A stretch of DNA of 64,000 nt from Rhodothermales bacterium (GTDB taxonomy: Bacteria > Bacteroidota > Rhodothermia > Rhodothermales > BA12). Positions within the stretch are counted from its first letter, which is position 1; every line of letters begins with the position of its first letter. Shown here piece after piece: positions 28,297 through 36,714 of this stretch. The notes under the pieces are model-generated. The model did not search any database, had not been told where the DNA came from, and worked only from the letters and a program-made list of their open reading frames with translations. The position numbers were made by a program, and so were the translations under genes. The stretch covers positions 1,042,789-1,106,788 of the forward strand of contig CAWJEJ010000001.1 in the NCBI GenBank assembly GCA_963841855.1, in the 5' to 3' direction.

Positions 28297-30612
28297 TCAC
28301 CGAGCGACCATCAGTGGGCGGCTCGTCACGACGCCGTCGGCGTGGAGGCGCAGCACGTAGGTGCCCGAGGAAAGAGCGTTCGTCGGCAGCGTGAGCGCGT
28401 GTGCTCCTGCTCCGAACGGGCGAGCATCCACGACGGCGACGCGGCGTCCCAGCAGGTCGTACACCTCGGCTCCGACCAAGCCTGCCGCGCCGATCACGAA
28501 CGAGATGTGCGCCTCGGTTCGAGCAGGATGCGGGGCGATGCGTTCGATGGCGATCGGCCCTTCTAACTCGGCTCCAGACTCGGCCGAGACCGTGCGACTG
28601 GGGAAGAGTCCGGCGAAGGTATTGTCCGTGCGATCGTCTCCGTCGAAGAAGAGGCGAGCGGCGTCGAGCACGCGCATCGGTGGCACCTCGAACCACGCCG
28701 AGAGATCGACCATCTCGCCTTCGATAGCCGTCGCGGTGCCGGGCAGCACGAAATCGTCGCGCGTGGCGTGCACGTAGGTCTGCACGTCGTCCAGCAGCCC
28801 CATCAGATCGACGTGTCCGTCGCCCAAGAGGGTTTCGAGAACGGCGGCGTCGCGCAGAGCGGCGAGTACGTCGTCGGCGGCGTCGGACAGTTCGGGCATG
28901 ACGTCGCGCAGGGCGTCTCCGGCTTCGAGCATTCGGTCGCGGCCCAGCGGCGTCAGGGCGAGGAAGTCCGGGTTGGCCCGCTGGAGCGCGGCGACGACGC
29001 GGAACGGTGTGTCGGCGTTCGAAAAGTCGAGTCTATTGGGATCGAGATACGTGTCGAATCCGGTGTCGGCCTCGTCGAGCAGGTACGTCACCTCGCCTGC
29101 AGCGCGATCGGCGGAACGCGCCAGTCCATCGACAGCCAAAGCGATCGCCTCGACCATGCCCGTCGTGACGACGACAGGCACGAAGTCGCCGTCAGCAACC
29201 GCGTTGGGATCGCCGCCCTCGTCGACGCGCAGGGAGAAGACGAACGCTTCGTAGCCATCGGCGGCGTCGAGCGCGCGCTGGAACTGCTCGGCGATGGCGT
29301 CGGCCCGGCTGACTGCGCCGGTCGCGGCGTCGGCGTGGCGTTCGAGTAGCGTCTCGAAATCGCCCTTGGCCAGCAGCGAGACCGCGTCTTCCAAAGCGCT
29401 CGCGTTGTCGTCGAACACCTGAAACGCCAGCGCCATCGCCAATCCGGCATGCGCGTCGAACGTAGAAGCATTCGCGATCCGAGAGCGGAAGTCGCGCTCG
29501 AGCACCTGGACGCGCGCCCGCAAAACGTCGGATCCCGAGGCCACGCTCAGCGATGCGTCGACGCCCAGCAGGTCGCTCACGTCAGAAGGCAGTCCGGCAG
29601 GCAGCAGGTTGCCGAACGTGTAGGTGCTGCGCGCGGCGGCGGGCTGGCGAAAGAAGTCGAGCACGAGCGGATACAACCCGCCGTCCAACTGCTCGATCAG
29701 AGCGACGGGGCGGATGAGCGTCACGCCGTCCGATAGCAGGTAGCTGCGCCCGTCGAGCGCGGCGCGCACCTCGTCGAAGGCCTGGCCCAACTCGGCGCGC
29801 TCGCCCGTGATCGCGAGTTCGAAGGCGGAAAGCGGCTGAGCGTTGAGCGCCTCGTCCAGAGAGCGCGCGCTCCGCTCGACGCTCAGCAGCAAGGCGCGGA
29901 TCTGAGCCAGGCTGGAAGCGGGCGAGCGGCGATCTTCGGCCAGCGCTGCGATCTGCTCGATGGTGGCGATCAGTTCGAAACCGACCTCCTCGAAATCGGC
30001 TGCGGCATCCAACGCTCCCGTGATGGCATTGCGATCGAAGACGAGCGTGCCAGCGCCCGAGTCCTCGATGCGAAACGAGACCGAGAAGGGCGACGATTCC
30101 AGGCTCAGCGCTTCCAGGTCTCCGGCGAACGTCTGAGCGTAGCGCGCCAGTCCACCGGCCCAGTTCATGACGAGCGTCTGAGTTTCGCTGCTGTGCTCGT
30201 CGAACCCGCTAGCGAGGCGGTTGGCGTCGGCTTCGAGCGCGCGGTAGCGTTCACCAGCGGTCAAGTCGAGCATAGTCCTGGCCAGCTGCTCGGCGTCGCG
30301 AAAGTCCAACCCCTCGAAGTCGCGCTCGTAGATCGTCTGCAGTTGCTCGATTTCGCTCTCGAACAGGGGAATCAGTGTGCCAATGAGGCTGTCGGTCGTC
30401 GTGTGGATGAGCGCGACCTGCACCAGGGCGCGTCCGGCGCGCGCGCGCGACGAGGCGGGCGCGTCGTCGCCGGAGATCTGCGCAGAGAAGGCAGCGTCGT
30501 TCGCGCGCAGGTAGCGCACGTAGTCGGGATCGGACGTGAGTTGGAACGTGAGATCCTGCGCCCAGACGGACGGGGCGAGCAGGGCGACGAAGAGGAGGAG
30601 CGCACGCGTCAT
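28297..30612 (-). CDS. secreted 771-aa acidic, Ala/Leu/Asp/Glu-rich protein with a T9SS C-terminal sorting domain; function unknown
   Basis: Signal peptide MTRALLLFVALLAPSVWAQ. The last ~80 aa (...AHISFVIGAAGLVGAEVYDLLGRRVAVVDARPFGAGAHALTLPTNALSSGTYVLRLHADGVVTSRPLMVAR) have the pattern of Por/T9SS C-terminal domains and resemble the tail of the S8 protease at 38644-41526. The start overlaps the upstream gene's stop (ATGA at 30609-30612). Confidence 0.7.
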   Translation of the reverse strand: MTRALLLFVALLAPSVWAQDLTFQLTSDPDYVRYLRANDAAFSAQISGDDAPASSRARAGRALVQVALIHTTTDSLIGTLIPLFESEIEQLQTIYERDFEGLDFRDAEQLARTMLDLTAGERYRALEADANRLASGFDEHSSETQTLVMNWAGGLARYAQTFAGDLEALSLESSPFSVSFRIEDSGAGTLVFDRNAITGALDAAADFEEVGFELIATIEQIAALAEDRRSPASSLAQIRALLLSVERSARSLDEALNAQPLSAFELAITGERAELGQAFDEVRAALDGRSYLLSDGVTLIRPVALIEQLDGGLYPLVLDFFRQPAAARSTYTFGNLLPAGLPSDVSDLLGVDASLSVASGSDVLRARVQVLERDFRSRIANASTFDAHAGLAMALAFQVFDDNASALEDAVSLLAKGDFETLLERHADAATGAVSRADAIAEQFQRALDAADGYEAFVFSLRVDEGGDPNAVADGDFVPVVVTTGMVEAIALAVDGLARSADRAAGEVTYLLDEADTGFDTYLDPNRLDFSNADTPFRVVAALQRANPDFLALTPLGRDRMLEAGDALRDVMPELSDAADDVLAALRDAAVLETLLGDGHVDLMGLLDDVQTYVHATRDDFVLPGTATAIEGEMVDLSAWFEVPPMRVLDAARLFFDGDDRTDNTFAGLFPSRTVSAESGAELEGPIAIERIAPHPARTEAHISFVIGAAGLVGAEVYDLLGRRVAVVDARPFGAGAHALTLPTNALSSGTYVLRLHADGVVTSRPLMVAR

Positions 30613-32081
30613 CGGTCGAAGCGGTGTAGGTAGGAGAGGGTGTGAGTGGCGCCGCCGCGCACGCGGAGCGGATCGGCGGTGGCAGCAGGAGCCGCTCCCG
30701 TATCGACGAGCGGAATGGACTGATCGAAGGCGTAGCGCACCTCGCCCCGGCCAACCCGGACGGAGGGGAGAAGCGTGAGCCGAAGGGCGGTAAGCCGAAC
30801 GTCTTGGGTGTGGTGCGAGCTAGCGTCCGAGAGGCCGTGGGCGAGCGCTGCGTAGCTGTCGGCCACGATTGCGGCGCGCGCGCGCGTGGCCGACACGGCG
30901 CCGCGCAGGTAAAAGCGGCGGCTCAGCGCGCGCTGGGCCGCGAAGCGCGCACGGAGGGCCACTGCATGCGCCGACGCGGTGCCGCTGAATCGGTGCGAGA
31001 TGGGCAGTGTGCTGCTCACGAGGTATCCCAGGACGGGCGTCGAGACCGACCCTCGCCCCCGCCAGCGCGTCCGGCTAGCCGATACGCTGGCCTCGGCCCA
31101 AGAACCGGACGCACCACGCCGCAGGCGCATCCCTACTCCGCCGCCATGCGCTGCCAGCACCCCGCCGCCCAAGTCGGTGAGGTCGAGCGGACGGCCTTCT
31201 GACGTAGGAACGGCCTCGGGCAGCGCCTGCGCTTCGACGCGCCTCGTCTGGAACTCGCCCTCGGCGGTGATCCACGTAGTGGGATTCAGCGTGCGGCGCA
31301 GCCCGGCGGCGAGGTGAACCGACCGGCTTCGAGTGCTCGTTCCGATCGTCCGGTCGCCCCGCAGCGCGTCGGCGCCCGTGTTGCGGTAGCCGATGCGGAC
31401 CGCGCTCTCGGACGCTCTCACTTCGGCTCGCATGGCGAGTACGTAGCTCCGCGAGAGCGCTCTACTGCCCTCCAAGCCAGACGCAGCCGATCGGTCGGTG
31501 ATCTGGAAACGCTGTTCGCTTCCGAACGTGGGCTCGATGAGATCGAAGAACAGCGTGTTGACGAGCGCGTCGCCCGCGCGCGATGGAAAAGCAGCCACCT
31601 CACTTTGGACGCTCTGCGTCGTTTGCTGAGCGCGCATCCAGATGCGTCCGTAACCGCGCTCACCAGCCGAAGCGAGAGCGAGTCCTCCTCCACCCCCCAC
31701 TCGGGGGGCGAACGACAGAGAAAGGTCGGTGCCGGGATCCCTCCAGCGCAGCGTTCCCTGGCTCCGCTGAACGTCGGCGCGAGCACCCCACGTCCGGCTG
31801 GCCATCCGAACCGGAAACGCAGCGGCCAAACGCGTGCGGCTGCCACTCACGTCCCGAGCGGTCCCCGCGTCGCTGCGCGCCGAGTACGTGTCATCGTACT
31901 GGTGCGACAGGCTCAGCATGGACATCGCCGAGCGTTGGTCTGCGTAGTCGTAGCGCAGTGCGTCCGCTGCGCCCATGGTCAGCGTTTCGTCGATCCGAGC
32001 GCCCAGCGTCTGCGCCGCTATTGGGTCCGCAGATACCATCAGCGCAAGCGCCGAGAGCCATAAAAAACGAGAAGTGCGCAC
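30609..32081 (-). CDS. predicted outer-membrane (beta-barrel-like) protein of unknown function
   Basis: GTG start at 32081 and signal peptide MRTSRFLWLSALALMVSADPIAAQ. Throughout it is rich in Ser/Thr/Arg/Gly/Ala with short alternating stretches, and there are aromatic residues near the C-terminus (...THTLSYLHRFDR). It is translationally coupled to the T9SS-tailed gene. Confidence 0.5.
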   Translation of the reverse strand: MRTSRFLWLSALALMVSADPIAAQTLGARIDETLTMGAADALRYDYADQRSAMSMLSLSHQYDDTYSARSDAGTARDVSGSRTRLAAAFPVRMASRTWGARADVQRSQGTLRWRDPGTDLSLSFAPRVGGGGGLALASAGERGYGRIWMRAQQTTQSVQSEVAAFPSRAGDALVNTLFFDLIEPTFGSEQRFQITDRSAASGLEGSRALSRSYVLAMRAEVRASESAVRIGYRNTGADALRGDRTIGTSTRSRSVHLAAGLRRTLNPTTWITAEGEFQTRRVEAQALPEAVPTSEGRPLDLTDLGGGVLAAHGGGVGMRLRRGASGSWAEASVSASRTRWRGRGSVSTPVLGYLVSSTLPISHRFSGTASAHAVALRARFAAQRALSRRFYLRGAVSATRARAAIVADSYAALAHGLSDASSHHTQDVRLTALRLTLLPSVRVGRGEVRYAFDQSIPLVDTGAAPAATADPLRVRGGATHTLSYLHRFDR

Positions 32082-32490
32082 GGCGAAAAGAGAAAAGTGT
32101 ACCGGGGCGGCTGATTAGCATAACCAATGAACTCTTTCGCGTCAACTACGCGATTACGGTATACGAATCAGTCGGTGCTGCCTGGCGCATCGGAGAATAA
32201 GTCCGAGACCACACGTTGCGTTAGGCTCTGCCTGAGAAGGCAGCGGCCAGACGAGCACAAGTCAGGGGCCACTTTGCCGAGGCTCGCCGAGTGCAGCGCC
32301 GGAAAAACTGCCCCCTGGCCCCGCGCAGCTCCCGAATTGCTGGTTCAGGAGCAGGCCAACCGTTCGCCGACGCGCGCAGACTGTCCGGTTACGGACACCG
32401 CGCCACCGGGAAGGCCGCTCTCGCACGGCTGGAGGCGACGGCATGGCGTTGGCTTTGGTCCGAGGCACCGCCCAACCGACCGCTGCTCTC

Positions 32491-35007
32491 ATGCTCGCCT
32501 CCGCCTTCCGCCGACTCCGCCGCCACCGCCTCTACACCGGACTCAACGTGTTCGGGTTGGCGCTCGGGTTGGCGTGCTGCCTGCTCATCGCCCTGTTCGT
32601 GCGGTCCGAAATGTCGGTTGATGACTTTCACCCGGACAGCGACCGACTCTACCGCGTCAGCCAGCTGAGCGACGGGCCGGGGTCGGAGTTGTGGGCGTGG
32701 ACGGGCGGCGGGTTGTCCCCGAAATTGAAGGCCGACTTTGGCGAGATCGAGCGCGTCGTCCGGGTGATGCGGGACCCCCGGGATGTATACGTGCCGGACG
32801 CCGACGCGCTAGGACTTCCCGCCGAGCCGTCGCGCGAGACGAGCCTGTTCTTCGCCGACCCCGCCTTTTTCGAGGTATTCGGCTTTCCTCTCGTCCGCGG
32901 ACAGGCCGACCGCGTTCTCGATGCCACCGACGCCGTCGTCCTGACCGAGAGCACGGCGCGGCGGCTGTTTGGCGATGCAGATCCGATGGGCCAGACGCTC
33001 GTCGTCGGCGGGCAGACGACGCTGCGCGTGACCGGCATTGCCCAAGATCCGCCGCCGGGCACGCAGCTGCAGTTCGACCTGATCGGCGGGATGTCCGTCT
33101 TCAAGACGCTCAACCGGTTTCCGACCGATGCCGAGTTCGCGTCGTATTGGTGGCCCGACGTTAACACGTTCGCGCTGCTGGCGCCGGGCGCGGACGTGCA
33201 GGCGCTCCAGGCCAAGATGCCCGAGTTCGCGATCCGGCATAGGGGCGAAGAGAGCGGAGCCCAGCACGCGCCCGTTTTGGAAGCGATCGCCGACACTTAC
33301 CTCTATTCCGACGCGACCGGGGCGATCGGCGAATCGGGCAGCCTCGATGCCGTCCGCACATTCACGTCTATCGCGCTGGCCGTCCTGCTGCTGGCCGCGA
33401 TCAACTTCGTCAACCTGACGACGGCGCGCGCCCAGAGTAGGGCCCAAGAAGTCGGCGTGCGCAAAGCCGTCGGCGCCGGACGCGGCGAGCTGATCGCGCG
33501 GTTTCTGGCCGAGTCGGTCGTGCTCAGTTTGGTCGCGCTGGCTCTGGCGTGCGCGCTGGCGTGGCTGGGCGTCGGACTGCTCGAAAGCGTGACCGGCCGA
33601 GCGCTCGACGTGTCCGCGCTGATCACGCCGTCGTTTGCGCTGGCCGCCCTAGGCGCGACGCTGGTCGTCGGACTGCTGGCGGGTATCTACCCGGCGTTCG
33701 TGCTGTCGGGCTTCGAGCCGGTACGCGTGCTCAGAGGAAGCCGCACGTCAGTCGTGGGAGGCGGCAAGGGACTGACGCTCAGACGCGCGCTGGTCGCGAC
33801 GCAGTTCGTCGTGTCGATTGCACTCGTGGCGGCGACGCTGGTCGCCTTGCAGCAAAACCGATTCTTGCGCACGGCTGATCTGGGTTTCGACAACGCGCAG
33901 ACCGTCGCCGTCCAGATCAAGGGCGATCAGGGCTGGGACGCGTTGCGCGATGCGTTGCGCGCGACGGACGGCGTCGAGTCCGTCACGGCGGCGAGCCTGC
34001 GGCCTGGACTGGGCGCAACGCAGGGCCTCCCCTACCGCGTCAGCGGCGACGGCTCGGACCCCGGCGGCTACGGCTCGAACAACCCGCAGGGCGGCGGAAA
34101 CCTGGCCTACGCTTCGGTCACCGACGATTTCGACGAGCAGATGGACCTGCGCGTGCTCGCCGGGCGCACGTTCGGACCGGATTTCCCAGGCGATCAAGGC
34201 GTCGTGCCCGAGCAGACAGCCGGGCGCGTGATGTTTCACGTCTTCGACCGCGGACTGGTGATCAACGAGTCGGCTGCGCGCGTTCAGGGCTGGACGCCTG
34301 ACGAGGCGATCGGCAAAAACTATCGCTTGTTCGCCTATGAGAACGAGGTGTATTTCAGCGACATTCGAGGCACGGTCGTCGGGGTAGTCGAGGACTTCCA
34401 CGTCGCGCCCCTGGGGCAGCCGATCGAGCCGCTGATGCTGATGCGCGCCGAAGCAGGCGACTGGTTTTCGGCCAGCTGGGCGCTCGTCCGCGTAGCTCCG
34501 GGCGACGCAGGCCAGCGCATGGACGCGCTCCGCTCGACGTTTCGATCAGTCGCTCCCAACGCCCCCTTCGTCGCCGACTTCCTCGACGATGCACTGTCCG
34601 ATCGCTATGCCGAGTACGAACGCACCGGCACCCTGCTGGCCCTGTTTGGGATTCTGGGGCTGGGCATCGCTTGCCTCGGTCTCTTCGGACTCGTCGCCTA
34701 CGCCGCGCAGAGCCGCCGCCGCGAGATCGGCGTGCGCAAGGTGCTCGGCGCGAGCGTCGGCCGCCTGACGTGGCTGCTGCTGCGCGACTTCGCCGTCCTG
34801 TCGCTGCTGGCTTCGCTGATCGCCCTGCCGCTGGCGTGGTGGGCGATGAGTCGCTGGCTCGACGGCTTCGCGTACCACACCGAGCTCCATCCGCTCGTCT
34901 TTGCAGGCGCCGCTTTGGTCGTCGCCGCCATCGCCCTGACCACGGTCGCCGGGCACGCCATCCGCGCCGCCACATCCGACCCAACGACCGCGCTGCGCGC
35001 CGAATAA
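32491..35007 (+). CDS. duplicated MacB/FtsX-type ABC permease P11
   Basis: Internal ATG of ORF 32443-35007 (MLASAFRRLRRHRLYTGLNVFGLALGLACCLLIAL). Modules INFVNLTTARAQSRAQEVGVRKAVGA and LGLFGLVAYAAQSRRREIGVRKVLGA. Ends ALRAE. Confidence 0.85.
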   Translation: MLASAFRRLRRHRLYTGLNVFGLALGLACCLLIALFVRSEMSVDDFHPDSDRLYRVSQLSDGPGSELWAWTGGGLSPKLKADFGEIERVVRVMRDPRDVYVPDADALGLPAEPSRETSLFFADPAFFEVFGFPLVRGQADRVLDATDAVVLTESTARRLFGDADPMGQTLVVGGQTTLRVTGIAQDPPPGTQLQFDLIGGMSVFKTLNRFPTDAEFASYWWPDVNTFALLAPGADVQALQAKMPEFAIRHRGEESGAQHAPVLEAIADTYLYSDATGAIGESGSLDAVRTFTSIALAVLLLAAINFVNLTTARAQSRAQEVGVRKAVGAGRGELIARFLAESVVLSLVALALACALAWLGVGLLESVTGRALDVSALITPSFALAALGATLVVGLLAGIYPAFVLSGFEPVRVLRGSRTSVVGGGKGLTLRRALVATQFVVSIALVAATLVALQQNRFLRTADLGFDNAQTVAVQIKGDQGWDALRDALRATDGVESVTAASLRPGLGATQGLPYRVSGDGSDPGGYGSNNPQGGGNLAYASVTDDFDEQMDLRVLAGRTFGPDFPGDQGVVPEQTAGRVMFHVFDRGLVINESAARVQGWTPDEAIGKNYRLFAYENEVYFSDIRGTVVGVVEDFHVAPLGQPIEPLMLMRAEAGDWFSASWALVRVAPGDAGQRMDALRSTFRSVAPNAPFVADFLDDALSDRYAEYERTGTLLALFGILGLGIACLGLFGLVAYAAQSRRREIGVRKVLGASVGRLTWLLLRDFAVLSLLASLIALPLAWWAMSRWLDGFAYHTELHPLVFAGAALVVAAIALTTVAGHAIRAATSDPTTALRAE

Positions 35008-35124
35008 TCCTGGCAGTTCATCAACGATAGATAACCCGTCGCATCCCGCGCATTCCGTACCGACGGGGCATGCCCCGCCGCTAGCACGGCGTCGCACATC
35101 CAGCCAAGCCAGTCACACCGCATC

Positions 35125-35150
35125 CGTACTGCCGTTATACATAACGGCGC
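35125..35150 (+). repeat. REP-like hairpin, F type (gccgttatacataacggc)
   Basis: cgtactgccgttatacataacggcgc. The reverse complement of 42371-42396 differs at one position. Confidence 0.65.
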
Positions 35151-35178
35151 CGCCCAACCCGAAACCGCCTCGACATTC

Positions 35179-35868
35179 ATGATCAAACTCCAAAACCTCA
35201 CCCGCACGCACCGCCAGGGCAGCAGCCAGGTATTCACGCTCCGCGACGTATCGCTCGACGTGCCCGCCGGGCAATTCGTCACGCTCGTCGGCCCGTCGGG
35301 AGCGGGAAAGACGACGCTGCTCCACATCCTAGGCCTGCTCGACGGTCCGACTTCGGGCACGTACGAACTGGACGAAGTCGAGGTGAGCAATCTATCTGAG
35401 AAGCAGCGCACGGCCTACCACCGCGACGCCATCGGCTTCGTGTTTCAGGCCTACCACCTGATCGACGATCTGACCGTCGCGGAGAACATCGAAGCGCCTC
35501 TGCGCTATGCCAAAGTGCCCCGCGCCGAACGCCAGGGCCGCGTCGCCGAGATGCTCGACCGCTTTGGACTCTCGGCGCGCGCCGACCTGTTTCCGCCCCA
35601 GCTCAGCGGCGGCCAGCAGCAACTCGTCGGCGTCGCCCGCGCGCTCGTCATCCGACCCAAACTCGTCCTCGCCGACGAACCGACGGGCAATCTCCACGCG
35701 CGCGACGGCCAGGCCGTGATGGACGCCTTGCGCGAGTTGCACGACGAAGGCGTCACTATCCTCCACGTCACGCACAACCCGGCGTGGGAAGTCTACGGCC
35801 AGCGCACCGTCGAGCTCGAAGACGGCCGTATCGTCCGCGACGAAGTGGTGGAAGCCGCCGCCGCGTGA
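35179..35868 (+). CDS. ABC transporter ATP-binding protein (MacB/LolD-type), intact
   Basis: Walker A GPSGAGKTT, signature LSGGQQQLV and Walker B LVLADEPT. 229 aa. Confidence 0.9.
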   Translation: MIKLQNLTRTHRQGSSQVFTLRDVSLDVPAGQFVTLVGPSGAGKTTLLHILGLLDGPTSGTYELDEVEVSNLSEKQRTAYHRDAIGFVFQAYHLIDDLTVAENIEAPLRYAKVPRAERQGRVAEMLDRFGLSARADLFPPQLSGGQQQLVGVARALVIRPKLVLADEPTGNLHARDGQAVMDALRELHDEGVTILHVTHNPAWEVYGQRTVELEDGRIVRDEVVEAAAA

Positions 35869-35924
35869 CACAACCACGCTCACACTGCCGAGACCGGCAC
35901 ATCCAACCTCAACTCTTGTCCGTC

Positions 35925-36587
35925 ATGCGCCTTTCCTCTTTCCTGGTAGCTCTCTTCTGCGTTCTGACCACACAGGCACAGCCGGTCGACGGGGCGAGCG
36001 CGACCGTCAAGAGCGTCTACAATCTAACCGTCTCTTCAGAAGACGAAGCGCCTATCGCCGGAGCGCTGCGACGAACGGAATACGAGACGTATGGGCATGA
36101 CGGACGGCGCTTGCGCGTCGAGTGGCGCGCCCCGAACGGCTCGGTCTCGCTTTCCTTCATGGAACTCTATGACGCATCCGACCGACCGTTTGGAGCGGTC
36201 TATTTCGAGGGAGCCGATCTCGACCCTACGCTAGAGCGCAACGAGTACCGAACTGAAAGCGGGCGGACGGTCAAGCGGGTTTCCTACCTGGATGCGGGTG
36301 GAGAAGTGACCGGAGTCAATGAGTTTGTCTCCGATGCGCAGGGACGCGAAATCGAGCGCCGCTACGGCGTTGCCGAAGACGTAGCACGCGCGACCGATAC
36401 GGTCAGCTACGAAGGCAAAAACGCGACGGACTACGTGTACGAGCGCGCGGACGGCTCACGCCGATCTGAATACGTGTACCGAAACGAAGTGGTGGACGAG
36501 CGGGGAAACTGGACGAGCCGAATCGTGATTCGCGACGGCGTGCCATCGGCTCTGGAGACGCGCGCCATCACGTACTTCTCAAATTGA
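35925..36587 (+). CDS. secreted protein of unknown function
   Basis: Internal ATG of ORF 35784-36587 with signal peptide MRLSSFLVALFCVLTTQAQ. No domain recognised. Confidence 0.6.
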   Translation: MRLSSFLVALFCVLTTQAQPVDGASATVKSVYNLTVSSEDEAPIAGALRRTEYETYGHDGRRLRVEWRAPNGSVSLSFMELYDASDRPFGAVYFEGADLDPTLERNEYRTESGRTVKRVSYLDAGGEVTGVNEFVSDAQGREIERRYGVAEDVARATDTVSYEGKNATDYVYERADGSRRSEYVYRNEVVDERGNWTSRIVIRDGVPSALETRAITYFSN

Positions 36588-36714
36588 GAGTGTAGCGCAC
36601 CCTGAGCCGATGGCGCGCACCCTGAGCCCAAGGCACGCACGACTCGCGTAACACGATGGAAACACGCGGCAAAGGCGTCTAGTTCAACCGGCGATTCATT
36701 AAACCATCGCCAAC

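Noticed and set aside
36594-36630. Direct repeat gcgcaccctgagcc x2 (22-nt period) after the 35925-36587 gene
   Set aside because: There are only two short copies and no further structure or recurrence in the window. It is too weak to interpret.
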